The notes beneath the pieces were generated by a model, which was not told the origin of the DNA, ran no database searches, and worked only from the letters and a program-made list of their open reading frames with translations. A program made the position numbers and the translations under genes. A stretch of 64,000 nucleotides of DNA from Octopus bimaculoides (taxonomy: Eukaryota): NCBI RefSeq assembly GCF_001194135.2, contig NC_068988.1, positions 92,199,539 to 92,263,538 on the forward strand, in the 5' to 3' direction. Shown here in pieces: positions 14,252-27,910 of the stretch. Positions within the stretch are counted from its first letter, which is position 1. The number at the start of each line of letters is the position of its first letter.

Positions 14252-14639
14252 GTGGAGGCGCAATGGCCCAGTGGTTAGAGCAGCGGACTCGCGGTCATAG
14301 GATCGCAGTTTCGACTACCAGACCGGGCATTGTGAGTGTTTATTGAGCGAAAAACACCTAAAAGCTCCACGAGGCTCCTGCAGGGGATGGTGGCGAACCC
14401 TGCTGTACTCTTTCACCACAACTTTCTCTCACTCTTACTTCCTGTTTCTGTTGTGCCTGTAATTCAAAAGGTCAGCCTTGTCACACTGTGTCACGCTGAA
14501 TATCCCCGAGAACTACGTTAAGGGTACACGTGTCTGTGGAGTGCTCAGCCACTTGCACGTTAATTTCATGAGCAGGCTGTTCTGTTGATCGGATTAACTG
14601 GAACCCTCGACGTCGTAAGCGACGGAGTGCCACTTCTTC
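14252..14639 (+). mobile_element. tRNA-headed SINE (family A), full length
   Basis: A-box TGGCCCAGTGGTTAG, B-box-like GTTTCGACTACC. 13-bp TSD TAGGGTGTGATTT at 14239-14251 and 14640-14652. Confidence 0.93.
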
Positions 14640-15434
14640 TAGGGTGTGATTTAAGAATGATTTAGTTACTATTTCTGGTAGGATAAATTACCTTGTTCAT
14701 TGGCACATAAATGATGCAGATAGATTATAATGGCAAAAAGATGTCTACACAAAAAGTGTGGGAGTAGTTTCATGTAGTAAAGGTGTTGTTGTTGTTTAGC
14801 AGATTGACTAGACTCATGATCAACAGCATTCTTACCATGACCTTCCCATCATATCTTGTTTTATTTTCTGGAACTGCATTGTCCGAAGCTTTATTTCTTT
14901 TTTAAAATGGTGGAGTTTAATTTGCAGAAGATTTGGTTGTTACTGATTATGCCAATTTACCTAAACTATGACAGTAGAAAGTAGACATCAAACGATGATG
15001 ATATACATTTGTATGTGCATAATACAAAATATAATTCAAATTTATATATATGATTGTATGTTTAAAGACGTTCACTTTATGACCATATGATTCCAGGTTC
15101 AGTTCCACAGTGTGTCTTCTACTGTATCCCTGGGCCAACCAAAACTTTGTGAGTGAATTTGGCAGATGGAAACAGAAAGAAGTCCATTCTATGTGTAAGT
15201 GTTTGCGTGTGTGTGTGTGTGTATTTGTGTCTCCTTGTCTTGATAGTGCATGATAGTTGTAAATGACTGTCACTGTAGTACAAGCACTGTCGTTCAGTTT
15301 GAATCTTCTGTGAGGAAATATTATCTAGCTTGTAAATAGGTGAGGATTGGTGAGACAAAAGGCATCTTACCATAGAAAATTTGCCTCAATAAACCCTGTC
15401 CAACATATGCAAGCATAAAAAAGTGGACAGTAAA

Positions 15435-15465
<31 letters not shown>

Positions 15466-15497
15466 GATATATGTGTGTGTGTGTGTGTGTGTGTATA

Positions 15498-17570
15498 CAG
15501 AGCTGGGTGTAAGTCCATTAATTTGTTAATCATTAATTAATGGAGTTAACATTTTCATTAACAATTTATCTTTTAAGTTAACTTTGAAAATCATTATCGG
15601 ACTAATTAACTTCCGTTACCTTTAGCTTCTGTTAACTCAAGTCCGTTAATGCGAAAATTTCATAAAAACTGGTAAACATTCAAAAGTTTCTATTGTTTTC
15701 AGATTGTCTTAGCATATTTAATATTGTACACATCATTCTTTCAACCCTGATATCACACCACTTATTAGAATAACTTGTAGGACCTCATTTGGCTCTGCCT
15801 GGATTTGAAATCAAGTTTGCCTTGCTTGTTGCTTGCAAAGGCAGTGGGAAATTTCTTTGTCTTGTCAAGAGGGAACAGTGATTGATGTGTTTCCACTTGA
15901 TCCGTGACCTTCATGAGGTGGATGTCATCAGAGAACATATTGACATCCATAAAGTGGAAAAAATAAATGGAAGGAAAAATGTTGGTAAATATTTCAGTGT
16001 GAATACAAATATTTCGGTTTGAACACAAATAGCTGTTACATGCTAGCAGAGCATGCTAGAAATAGCAGCCAAATCTTTCCTTTTCTGGAAAAGGGAACTG
16101 TTTACACATGATTTCGATGTCACATTCGTTGGAAGCATGCAAAATAACCTGGAAAAGAAAAAGAGACCTGCAAAACAAGACTCCCTTGGTGGGAAACTTC
16201 GCAGTCCCCACCACCCCTCCCACCTTTCTTTCCCAGAAAAAAGTGGCTTGCGGCGGGTTTGGAGGTCAGATACATTGAATGCACTTGAAAAATATGTGGA
16301 AAAAAGTTATTCCACACTGCGGTACGAAATATTTATACCTGTATTTTAATTAATTTAAATTAATGTACTTGAAAAGTGGCCAAATTTTTGTCGGTTGCTA
16401 TCTGGGATAATTTTAGTAACAAATCAAACAGCTAAGATGCATTAAGAATTTCAATTTAATTGTTTATCCATAATATTATTGCTTTTACACCTGTTAATTA
16501 AATTTACCTTCCCATAAAAGTCAAATTTACTCAGCAATATCAGCTAAAATTACATAACTATACATGGATGGTATATAAAGCACCCACTGACAAAATTCCA
16601 AATCTGTATGTAAAAGATTTACTAAGTTACAAGCAAATATTGTGGACACCCCTCTTGAACCTGAATAATTCAAAATAACGTGAACAAATAAGCATTACAG
16701 TTGATAGATTAAAATGATCACTAAAGATATTTTTAGGTGTTTTTTTTCTTACACATAACACAGCCTCACTTGGTTGGGATTACATGTGTGTTACTTTGAC
16801 ATTATCATTCCATAAAATTTGTTTATGAGGAGAAAAGTATTGAAAAATATCAATAGATGTGTAAGTAAGAAAGAAACGAGGAAGGAGGTTTTAGCATGTG
16901 CTAGAACCAACAGCCAAGATCTCTTTTAAATCAGACATTTTCCTCTGAAATTATTAATTCTTTTTTAAACCAAAAATGTTTCTCTCACAGGTTTTAAGTG
17001 GGTAGTGAAAAAAAAATGGCCAAAATTGTTTCAGACTGGGGTAGTGAGGGGGTAGTGGGTGTGAAAAAAAGAATGAATTTTCAAAATTTTTTTCTTTTTT
17101 TTTTTCATGAAAAGATGTCTCCCATCATTCTGAAGAGTTTGGTGAAAAATATTGGAAAAAATCCCCGTCAAAACGGAGAAATTCCAACTTATGTGGGCTG
17201 TCTGGTCTGAAACTCTGTTTTCCAGAAATTCTTCCCCCACCCCCGCTCCCCTTCAAAATCTTTTGCCAACAAATTTCTTTTTCTGAAACTTCTTTCCCCA
17301 ACGGCTCAGAAAATGTTTTTCAACAAATCTTTACATGCACCAATCTACAGGCTATAAGCGATTATTTGGTGAAAGTTTCATTAAAAAGTATCCATTTTTC
17401 TGGAAGTTACGAGGCAATATAATCAGTGGGGTATTAAACTGTAGTTATGTCTTTTTTCAATAAAAGTTAATATTAACTTCCGTTACATTTTCAAAAAAAT
17501 TAACGGATTAATGATTAATGATGTTGACAATTAACAAAGTTAACTTTTCAATTAACGGTGCCCACCTCTG
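15498..17570. mobile_element. hAT-like non-autonomous DNA transposon, 2073 bp
   Basis: Termini CAGAGCTGGG and CCCACCTCTG. Both ends carry dense subterminal GTTAA(C/T) repeats and share TAACTTCCGTTAC. It is flanked by TG/TA microsatellite. No convincing transposase ORF inside. Confidence 0.65.
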
Positions 17571-17827
17571 TATATATATATATATATATATTACTGTCCT
17601 CTCATTTTGATTACTCATTAGACATCCAATGACACATTACATTAATGATGCATTTCACTTTCCTCCCACAATTTTTCCTCCTTACCTTTCATAATATCAA
17701 GAGAAACTCCATCATTGAAGGTGTAGTTGGTTGGTAATATATTTAGTATAGTATCTAACTTGTAAGTTTCTGTATTATTTTAAGTCAGTGCATTGGTTTC
17801 TGTTTTGACGGGGTTATATCAGTCATG

Positions 17828-18120
17828 GGCACATGACTCAATGATCTGAGCATTGAGCTTACAATTGTGAGATTGTGAGTTCAATTCCCAGACTGGAGCT
17901 GTGTCATGTTTTTGAGCAAGACATTTTATTTCATGCTGCTTTAGTTCGCTCAACTGCAGAAATGAGTTGGCACATCACTGGTGCCAAGTTGTCTTACCCT
18001 CGAACAATGTTGGTGGCATGAAGAGGGGGAAACTGATATGTATGGGTAACTTTGGAGGTGAACTTTCTAGGTGCAATCCCAAGGTCATTTGTGACTGAAG
18101 GTGGGGTCTATACCCTTTAC
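17828..18120 (+). mobile_element. tRNA-headed SINE (working family B)
   Basis: Head ..GAGTTCAATTCC.., core TTGAGCAAGACATTTTATTTCATGCTGCT..CAACTGCAGAAATGAG, tail GGTGCAATCCC..TACCCTTTAC. Confidence 0.75.
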
Positions 18121-18398
18121 TCTATACCAGTCACATGCAAACTGCAGCCTGCACGACTTTCCAAATGACATGCCTCACAAAAAATTACCTTGAATTTTTT
18201 TTTTGTAGTGTGGCCCACCTGATGTGGATCCATGTCTCATGTAGTCCATTTCTCGAAAATGGTTGCTCATACCCGATTTATATTAAAGCTCATTGTTTTG
18301 TGTAGAGTCTCCTGTTGTTATCATCCAGACCAGGTCAGCTCCATGAGAGTTCATCTCTAGGAATAGTGCATCTCAGGCTACAATATTTAGTATGTCCT

Positions 18399-18611
18399 AA
18401 GGTGGCGAGTTGGTAGAAACACTAGCACACCGGGTAAAATGCTTAGTGGTATTTCATCTGTCTTTATGTTCTGAGTTCAAATTCCGCCATGGTCGACTTT
18501 GCCTTTCATCCTTTCAGCGTCAATAAATTAAGTACCAGTTGCATACTGGGTCGATCTAATCAACTGGCCCCCTCCCCCAAAATTTTGGGCCTTGTGCCTA
18601 GAGCAGAAAAG
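18399..18611 (+). mobile_element. SINE (working family C)
   Basis: GGTGGCGAGTTGGTAGAAAC..GTTCTGAGTTCAAATTCCGCC..AAGTACCAGT..GGGCCTTGTGCC. ~17-bp TSD AATAT(T/C)TAGTATGTCCT at 18382-18398 and 18612-18628. Confidence 0.85.
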
Positions 18612-19999
18612 AATATCTAGTATGTCCTGCCTTTTCTAATGACTGTAAGGTGTAATTCAAGGTATGAGTTACACATTTCCTCTTTGTCTTCACAATTATA
18701 ATCATTGGTGCAGTATTCTGATGTTAGTATGTGTGTGTGTGTGAATGGGTGAAACTAATCAGTTTGGTTTCCATTTCCAGTTGGAACCAGTTCTCTGACA
18801 TTGATCATGGTGCCCTAGGCATCTAAGCCACAACTTCCAGTTCACTCTGACCTCCAAACCAGAGACACTATACTCCTTCTTGACGACGATGATGATGGTT
18901 GTGGTAGCCGTGGTAGGGATGATAATGGCGATGTTGTTGACAATGATGATGATGATGATCACCATCATCATCATCATCATCATTGCATTCGTTTTCCATT
19001 ATAATTATCAAAAATTTCTAAATTAAATGAAAAAGAAACAGAAAATTTGTGAAGAAAAAAAATTATGTAAATGAGGTCAAAGGGAAAGGGATATAGTGGG
19101 GGTGGGAGGGTTAGAAACTAGAAAGAGAAGGTGAGGTGATAGGATGGGGTGGGGGCAGTTTAAATAATTCATAAGACAGTGGAGAAAGTTGTGTGGGGGG
19201 AGGTGGAAAGAGTTAGGGTGGTGGGGAAATAGTCAAGGAACTGGTGAGAGATAAATTGGTAGGGAACTACAGAGAGAAGTTTTGTTACCTTGGCAGAACA
19301 ACTCCCACCTTTGCTGTAACAATTTTCTTTGTGTTTTTTTTAACCAGTGGTTNNNNNNNNNNNNNNNNNNNNNNNNNNNNNNNNNNNNNNNNNNNNNNNN
19401 NNNNNNNNNNNNNNNNNNNNNNNNNNNNNNNNNNNNNNNNNNNNNNNNNNNNNNNNNNNNNNNNNNNNNNNNNNNNNNNNNNNNNNNNNNNNNNNNNNNN
19501 NNNNNNNNNNNNNNNNNNNNNNNNNNNNNNNNNNNNNNNNNNNNNNNNNNNNNNNNNNNNNNNNNNNNNNNNNNNNNNNNNNNNNNNNNNNNNNNNNNNN
19601 NNNNNNNNNNNNNNNNNNNNNNNNNNNNNNNNNNNNNNNNNNNNNNNNNNNNNNNNNNNNNNNNNNNNNNNNNNNNNNNNNNNNNNNNNNNNNNNNNNNN
19701 NNNNNNNNNNNNNNNNNNNNNNNNNNNNNNNNNNNNNNNNNNNNNNNNNNNNNNNNNNNNNNNNNNNNNNNNNNNNNNNNNNNNNNNNNNNNNNNNNNNN
19801 NNNNNNNNNNNNNNNNNNNNNNNNNNNNNNNNNNNNNNNNNNNNNNNNNNNNNNNNNNNNNNNNNNNNNNNNNNNNNNNNNNNNNNNNNNNNNNNNNNTA
19901 ATAGTAGTAGTGGTGGTGGTGGTGGTGGTGGTGGTGGTGGTAATAGTAGTAGTAGTAGTAGTAGTAGTAGTAATAGTAGTAGTGGTGGTGGTGGTGGTG

Positions 20000-20033
<34 letters not shown>

Positions 20034-20382
20034 CAGCAGCAGCAGCAGAAAGCAGTATGTGTATTGGTGATGGTGGTGGTGGTACTTACCAACAGTAGTT
20101 GTAGTGCAAGCAAATTTTGTGTGCTGTTTCCTTCACCCTCTCACCCTCTATACTTGTTGACCAGTCTGGAGCAGTGAACCTGTAGTTCATTAACAGCCAT
20201 TGTGAAATATTGCCCCCAAAATAGGAGTAGCAATCAACTGTGTGTCCCCTTTCTGAACTTTGGTTTCCATAGTTACATTTGCTCAATTCCCCACTCTTCT
20301 ATTCATAGCATCCACTCCAGCCCTCTTTTCTCTCCCTCCCTCCCTCCTCTCTGTCTATTTATTAATGGATGGATATATACAT

Positions 20383-20445
<63 letters not shown>

Positions 20446-20604
20446 CACATACATATACATATATATATACTCTTTTACTCTGTTACTTGTTTCAGTCATT
20501 TGACTGTGGCCATGCTGGAGCACCGCCTTTAGTCAAGCAAATCGACCCCAGGACTTACATTAAAGATGGTGCTCCAGCATGGCTGCAGTCAAAGGACTGA
20601 AACA

Positions 20605-20645
<41 letters not shown>

Positions 20646-21309
20646 TAATGTACGCAGTATATAGTTATGAGCTACTGACAGTTTCATACATTGAAGATAT
20701 TATTTACAGAGGTTTTAAAACACACCTAGTGTTTCCAAGTAGTTTTCGGGCTCTGAGCACATTGCCTGTACAAGTTACAAATCCAGACAATAGAACAAGC
20801 GAAATTAGTTGATGGTGAGTTCAAAAAATTGGAAGGGCGACAAAAATGGAAAAAGAAAGGAAGAAGAATTTCGGTTATGTTCCTTTTGACTGTTAAGTCA
20901 TAAGGTGAGTCGTGTAGAATCAACAGAAGGGATCTAAGGTCTATGATACAGCTGGTCAATCCAGAGAGGGTGGTGTTCTCCAATTTGCCAAAAAGAACTC
21001 ATCCATATGCTTTTACCGAAAATTTCTGATCTGGAATTCAGCAGTGTGGTGGAATTCTTAGATCTAAAAAGGATATGTGATCTTTCAGCTACATATAGCT
21101 TACATTTTTTTAACTCTTAACAAATGGCACGGATTTTTCAACAATTTTCCCTATAATTGTATGTGGCATGGAATTGGGGTCTTCAAACCCCATACATCGC
21201 TAGTCAACTTAATGGCTTTACTTTTGCCCATGTGCTGGAAAGAAAATAGGTGAAGTCGCCTTCACATAAACTGGTGTAATTTTTATTTATGGTTAGGTTA
21301 TCATGTAGC

Positions 21310-21696
21310 GTGGAGGCGCAATGGCCCAGTGATTAGAGCAGTGGACTCGCGGTCATAGGATCACGGTTTTGATTCCCAGACTGGGCATTGTGAGTGTTTA
21401 TTGAGTGAAAACACCTAAAGCACCACGAGGCTCCGGCAGGGGGATGGTGGCGAACCCTGCTGTACTCTTTCACCACAACTTTCTCTCACTCTTACTTCCT
21501 GTTTCTGTTGTGCCTGTAATTCAAGGGGTCAGCCTTGTCACACTCTGTGTCATGCTGAATATCCCCAAGAACTACGTTAAGGGTACACATGTCTGTGGAG
21601 TGCTCAGCCACTTGCACATTAATTTCACGAGCAGGCTGTTCCGTTGATCGGATCAACAGGAACCCTCATCGTTGTAAGCGACGGAGTGCCAACAAC
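21310..21696 (+). mobile_element. tRNA-headed SINE (family A), full length
   Basis: Same body as the 14252 copy. 10-bp TSD ATCATGTAGC at 21300-21309 and 21697-21706. Confidence 0.92.
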
Positions 21697-22759
21697 ATCA
21701 TGTAGCATTGCGGTTAGTTTATCGTGTACGATGGAGTTTATCACACAGATCTGGTCAAATGAACAAGTTCCAGTGTCTCAACAGTTACAACTGGGAGTGG
21801 GCTCTCGTAGGTGTTCATGGTCAGTGATGCTCTTTACATTGGGGCAGCAGCTATATAATAATTTAATTAATAGATGCTGTTTTGTTTCTTTTAGCAGTTC
21901 AGCAAAAAAGAGATTACTAAAATAAGTATGAGTGTTTGAAAAATAAGTACTGGAGATAATTTGATTGACTATAACCTTTCAAGGTGGAACTCCAGCATGG
22001 CCACAATCCAATTACTAAATCGATTAAAAGAAGAGAATAAACCTTGGAAAATATTAACTAGTACTGTTGAAAATATACAAGTCAAATTTTTATTAACTAC
22101 AACAACATAAAATGCTGTCATATTTATTCTTCCACTACATGCAGCTTCAACATTTCCTTGTTTTGCATCAAATAGAAAATGAAAATATTGGGATCTTCTT
22201 CATATTAACTTGGTGATATCTTGAACAAATTTTCATTGTAAAAATAAAAAGGAAACTTGCCTTTGAAAGGAATATAAAAACTAGCGGAGATAAATTTGTC
22301 ATAGTTCAGAAAACCTGACAAAAACTGCTGAAAGTTTTGGACATAAACATTGGAACTTAATATTGGAGATTGGCAGATGTATTAACAATGTATTGATTCT
22401 ACAGAAGTCTCGGGAATGATTATTAGAACAACTGAAGGACCTAAATTTATTTCTCTGACACAGGAATATTATCTTTCTCTTTTATATAGCTGTTATGTGT
22501 GTGCGTGCGTGTGCATGTGTGTGTGTGTGTGTGTGTACATATTTTAGACAGCGGGAGAGATAGATAGATCATCATCATTGTTGTTGTCATCATTTAAAAT
22601 ATACTTTCCATGCTTGCATGAGTCAGAAAGAATTTGTGCAGCTGGATGTCCTTCCTGTTACAAACTTTCAAGCAAATGTCTCCTTGTGTTTTACTATAGC
22701 CCTGAGCTAACCAATGCCTTGCAAGTGGATTCAGGGATGGAAACTATATGGAAGCTCAT

Positions 22760-22797
<38 letters not shown>

Positions 22798-22892
22798 TGT
22801 TTGTTCCCCTTCACCTAACAAGTCTTGGCTTGTTTATCTTCCTGTAATTAGTGGTTCAGCAAAAATAGCTGATAGAATGATACCACACTGAA

Positions 22893-23066
22893 CCCTTTAG
22901 CATTCAGATTTCTCTATCAAATGTAATACTTATTTATTCACGTTGTTTTGAATTAATCATGCATTACCGTGTTGCTCTGAGATTTTGATGATGTGAATCT
23001 AGCTGATTTGAACATAAAAGAGGTAGAATATTTTGACCAGATATGGCTTGTTTAAATGCTAAAAAG
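22893..23066. mobile_element. piggyBac-like MITE
   Basis: CCCTTTAGCATT..AATGCTAAAAAG|TTAA; related to 52936-53261. Confidence 0.5.
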
Positions 23067-23139
23067 TTAAACTAAACACTGGGGTTGATTGATTTGACTA
23101 ACACTGCTAGGCAGTGCTCCATTATGGCCACAGTCCAAT

Positions 23140-23500
23140 GCACGAACCAAGTAAGAGAAACAAGTATGGATACAATTGAAGACCTTAGTTTCTGGGACTT
23201 CATTCCATAAATGTAAGTGCAGTACTTTGTGTAGGCAGATTAGATGGAATCTACTGAGCTTTTGAATGTGTCTGCTGTAAACTGCTCCTATCTCATTAGT
23301 ATACAGCAGAGTTAGCAAAACAGTGTCTGTGTAGACCTTTAACTTGGTTTGGAAATCAAGACACTTCTAGATATTCTTGTCAAGTTTGTTAAAGGTAGTT
23401 TTGCCATTGACTTACTTCATTGACAATGTGGACAAATGGGCAGGAACTGCTGATGTGTGTGAAGTGTTTTAGAATGCAATTCTTTTTGAATCACTCTAAA
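23140..23500 (-). mobile_element. RTE (BovB-like) LINE fragment
   Basis: Minus strand VYTDTVLLTLLYTNEIGAVYSRHIQKLSRFHLICLHKVLHLHLWNEVPETKV resembles the RTE consensus VY..VVLPTLLY..E.W.VY.RH..KL..FH..CL.KLL...W...P.T.V. Confidence 0.75.
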
Positions 23501-23552
23501 TGGTCCTTTTATGAGTTTACATAGAGTTTAGGGGTTCAATTTTGTTGTCTGA

Positions 23553-23770
23553 AGGTAGCAAGCTGGCAGAAATGTTAGTCCACCAGGCAAAATGCTTAGT
23601 GGCATTTTATCTGACTTTATGTTCTGAGTTCAGGTGTCTCCAGGGTCAACTTTGCCTTTCATCCTTTTGAGGTCGACAAAATAAGTACCAGTTGAACACT
23701 GTGCTTGATGTAATAAACTTAGCCCCTCCCCGAAATTACTGGTCTTGTGCAAAAATATGAAACCAATATT
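23553..23770 (+). mobile_element. SINE family C
   Basis: GCAAGCTGGCAGAAATGTTAG..GTTCTGAGTTCA..CTTTGCCTTTCATCC..AAGTACCAGTT. Confidence 0.75.
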
Positions 23771-24384
23771 ATTTGTTGTCTATCTTTAAGTCAAATATTC
23801 AGTATAACATCAAGCAAATGCCATCTTGAAAGAAATCAAGTCAATAGTTTAAACATGGTTGAAAAAGAATGATAAAATCTGGCTGGAGAGATGATGTGAG
23901 GGTGTGAGGTAGATCCCTATTTGCTTATATGCTAAGTCAGACCTGCATGACTCCACAATTTGTACGTTGGTGATGATCCTGAAATGGACTTAAGAATAAA
24001 TACTAGTCAGTTGATTCAGTAGATAGGGCCTCATATCAGTGATTGGGACTGGTGCACTGTAAAGCCATTAAAAGAAGCCTCAAAGCAGCACACATTCTCT
24101 CCTGATGACCTCTGAAACCAACATCCTCTGGAATGCAGAGCTTTTCATTGACTGCATCTGCACAAGCAGGCTGTTTCAAAATCTCAATTGCTTCTGAGAC
24201 TTAGTTCCTATGAGAGTACACTCTAGCTTTCATGGAGTTAATGAAGTCTTCTATGATTCCGTTCACATTTGGGATAATTATAGGAGTATATATTGACTCC
24301 ATAACAGGTATCTGTAAACCTCAGAATGATGAAAAGCAAAATTGTCTGCTCTTAAAGTATGTACTTGGGTACTAGGGTACTAAG

Positions 24385-24575
24385 GTGTTGAGCTGGCAGA
24401 ATCATTAGTGGCTTTTCATTCATTGCTACGTTCTGAGGTCAGATTCCACTGATGTCAACTTTGCTTTTCATCCTTTTGGGGTCGGTAAAATAAGTACCAG
24501 TTCAGCACTGGAGCCAATATAATCAACTTATCCCCTCCCCCAAAATTGCTGGCCTTGTGCCAAAATTTGAAACAA
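24385..24575 (+). mobile_element. SINE family C
   Basis: GAGCTGGCAGAATCATTAG..GTTCTGAGGTCAGATTCC..AAGTACCAGTT..GGCCTTGTGCCAAAATTTGAAAC. Confidence 0.75.
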
Positions 24576-25180
24576 TATACTGAGGTAGTGGAATGGTTTA
24601 ATTCAATTAACAGTGGTTCCTTTTTGTTTATCGAAATAATTTTAGCCTAAGCAAACAAAAAGAGTGTTGAGCATTATACCCTTGTCATGTTAAATAACAG
24701 CTCTATCCTGTTTCAATACCCTCTGTCTAATTATGTCCTGTATTCAAATCATTAAATAAAGAATGCAGTTCGTTTCTCGCCCACTTCCTATTTCACCCCA
24801 CTCAAGACAAAATGTGCCCTATTTGCTCTCTCATTTCAGTATACTTCCTTCACCGATATTCAAGCAACATCTCAGAATTTCAGATTTTTTTTTTTCTTTT
24901 TTTTTGGTTTTGTTTTACAATGAAATTCAATTTTTTNNNNNNNNNNNNNNNNNNNNNNNNNNNNNNNNNNNNNNNNNNNNNNNNNNNNNNNNNNNNNNNN
25001 NNNNNNNNNNNNNNNNNNNNNNNNNNNNNNCACTACCAACCACTATCATGAATCACCCACTACTATCAATCCACCACTCCTAACAATTCACCATCATCAC
25101 CACTACTACTAAAAACTTCAATTGCTTTTTCTTTTAATATTTAGTGTATCCTTGTTTGGTCTCTGCACCAAATTGTTGTG

Positions 25181-25220
<40 letters not shown>

Positions 25221-26210
25221 ACCCTAGCTTACTCGAGAAACTGAGGGAATGTTCTTCCCAACTTGATAAAATGCGTATAAAAAAAAAAGCCATCTGATTT
25301 GCAGATAATCTTACGGTATTTCATCATTTATAAACCGTTATCGTCTTACCATCATGTTGCTTTATCTCTTGGCTGCCAAAGACTGTCTGCCAATATTTGT
25401 TGCCTTCTAGATCTCTCTTTCACAACTTTGCGCTGGTCTCTTTAGCTTTTTATCTTTTACTTGTTTCTGTTATTGGACTGCAGCCGTGCTGGGGCACTGT
25501 CTTGAAGGATTTTAGTCAAACAAACTGGCCATGGTACTTATGCCTTTTTAAAAAAAAAAAATTCTGGTACTTAATCTATTGGTCTCTTTTACCGAACTGC
25601 TAAGTTACTGGGAAGTAAACAAACCAACACTAGTTGTCAAATATTGCAGGGATTGACACAAATACATACACATGTTCACACACACACACACACACACACA
25701 CATGCACACAAATGTATATATATTGTATATCCAAAAAAGAAGCACACTCAAAAAGTTAGAGCAGTAATGTATTTACATGGAGTTAAATATATGTCTGATC
25801 ATAGAATAACCAATGGTTTCACGTAGCTTCGCTTTATAGACAACTTGTTAGATTCCAGTGGCCACAGGCATATAAGCTCTCTTCAAACAGGGTAGAAAAC
25901 TGTTATGGTCAGTTTGTCTTAGCCTTAAACTCGTCCTGTGTCTCAATGATGTTCCATTAACATATAGAGTGCACTGGAAAGAGTTTCCTGAAGTGATCAA
26001 AGAAACATTACTAATTCATTTTTCTTCAAAATATTAATTTAATTTTTATTCGTTTCAGTCATTAGACTATGGCCATGCTAGGGCATCACCTCAGCGAATT
26101 TTATTTTTTAGTCAAATGAACCAACCCCAATACTTTGTTTTAAGCCTGATACATATTTTATCAATATCTTTTATCGAACCACTAAGTTACAATGTTGGGG
26201 AACAAACACA

Positions 26211-26251
<41 letters not shown>

Positions 26252-27254
26252 CAGGTTTCTTTCAGTTTCTGTCCACCAAATCCACTCACAAGATCTCAGT
26301 CAGTTTGAGGTCATAGTAGAAGACATTTTCCCAAGGTGCAGTGGGAATGAACCTGGAACCACACAGCCACACATGAATTAATTTATCAATGTCAAATCAC
26401 AGACTATATTTCTGTCAATTAAGGGAAATTTATTAGATCAGTGGTTCTCAAACTGACCAGCACCCCACCACTACTACAAAAACAAAAGAAAAATAGTTCC
26501 CTACTCTCTTAATGAGAAGACAAAATGGAGCTAGCATCCATATAATTATTTCCTTGCAACAGTGCTGGATATCTATACAAAGTTTAAAACTCTAATTTTA
26601 TTGAACCTAGCAATTTGCACTTTCTGTCAATCTCTGCAGTCCTCTCTCCATGAGAAATATTGTTATAAATCAAATATAGAATATAGCAAGCAGAGAGGCC
26701 AAATATAGAGTGTGTGGATACTGGATAGACCAAAGATAATGTAGCAGACATTGCATAGACCAAATATAGAGTATGTGAACATTGGATAGACCAAATATTG
26801 TGTAAACACTAAATAAATGTAAGTGGATATGGATAGACAAAATATAGAGTAGATACTAAACAGAGTATTGATAGTGTGGATACAGGATAGTGTAAATATT
26901 AAATGTAGACATTAAATAAACACAATACATAGGATGTGGATACTACTGAATAGGGATGTGTATATGTTGTACACTAAATATAATGTCTACACCTTGGACA
27001 CCAAGTAAACAAAATGTAAAACATTGAAAGATTTAACTTTTTGCCTGGCCAAAGCATTTTCATTGGTCTGTCCTAAACATCCATGTTTGTTTTCAGACTT
27101 TTAGTTTGCCCTTGTTTCATATGTTCTGAGTGATATAAGGCATCTTTTTTTTTTTTCGTAAGTCCTAATTTACTCTGGTGATTGAAAGAATTGAGAATGT
27201 ATTATATTTGATGCATGAATGTCAGGGAAATATGTCCTGTGTATCACATGTGAT

Positions 27255-27910
27255 GAAGGAGCATGGCTCAGTGGTTAGAGCGTTGGGCTCACAATCATGA
27301 GGTAGTGATTTCGATTCCTGGGCTGGGCTATATGTTGTGCTTTTGCCTTTCCCTTGGATATATTACCTCTTGCCTTTCCCTTAGATAACACCGGTAGTGT
27401 GGAGAAGGGAGGCTGGTATGCATGGATAACTGCTGGTCTTCCACAAACAACTTATCCTAGACCTGTGCCTTGAAGGGTAACTTTCTTGGTGCAATCCCAA
27501 GGTCATTCATGACTGTAAGGGTTCTTTACTCTTGTTCTTGTTTGTAATATATGTATGTATGTATGTATGTAATATGAAGGCACATGGTTCAGTGGTTAGA
27601 GCATCAAGCTCACAATCATGAGGTAGCGAGTTCAATTACCAGACTGGGCTATGTGTTGTGTTCTTGAGCAAGACACTTTATTTCATGTTGCTCCAGTTCA
27701 CTCAGCTGTAGTAAAGAATTGCAACATCACTGGTGCCAAGCTATATTGGCCTTTGCCTTTCCCTTGGATAACATCAGTGGCATGGAGAGGGAAGGCTGGT
27801 ATGCATGGGCGAATGCTGGTCTTCCACAAACAACTTAGCTCAGACTTGTGCCGCAGCAGGTAACTTTCTAGGTGCAATCCTATGACCAAAGTGGGTCTTT
27901 ACCCTTTACC
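27255..27910 (+). mobile_element. two adjacent family B SINEs (27255-27530 with internal deletion; 27577-27910)
   Basis: Two heads GGAGCATGGCTCAGTGGTTAGAGC and GGCACATGGTTCAGTGGTTAGAGC with the same body and tail, separated by (TATG)n. Confidence 0.8.

Noticed and set aside
14252-14330. tRNA gene
   Set aside because: It is the tRNA-like head of a TSD-flanked SINE with a degenerate B-box and no acceptor-stem closure. The same holds for the other SINE heads.
19095-19230. G-quadruplex-prone tract
   Set aside because: It is an ordinary purine-rich low-complexity stretch with no supporting context.
20710-20910. Plus-strand exons ending at two GTGAGT donors, and a minus ORF faintly like an iGluR S1/M1 region
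   Set aside because: No acceptor-to-donor frame stays open, and the resemblance is only scattered residues.
25830-25988. Minus-strand acceptor followed by a 46-aa frame (NSFQCTLYVNG..)
   Set aside because: All frames stop before a donor and no homology is recognised; it cannot be distinguished from chance.
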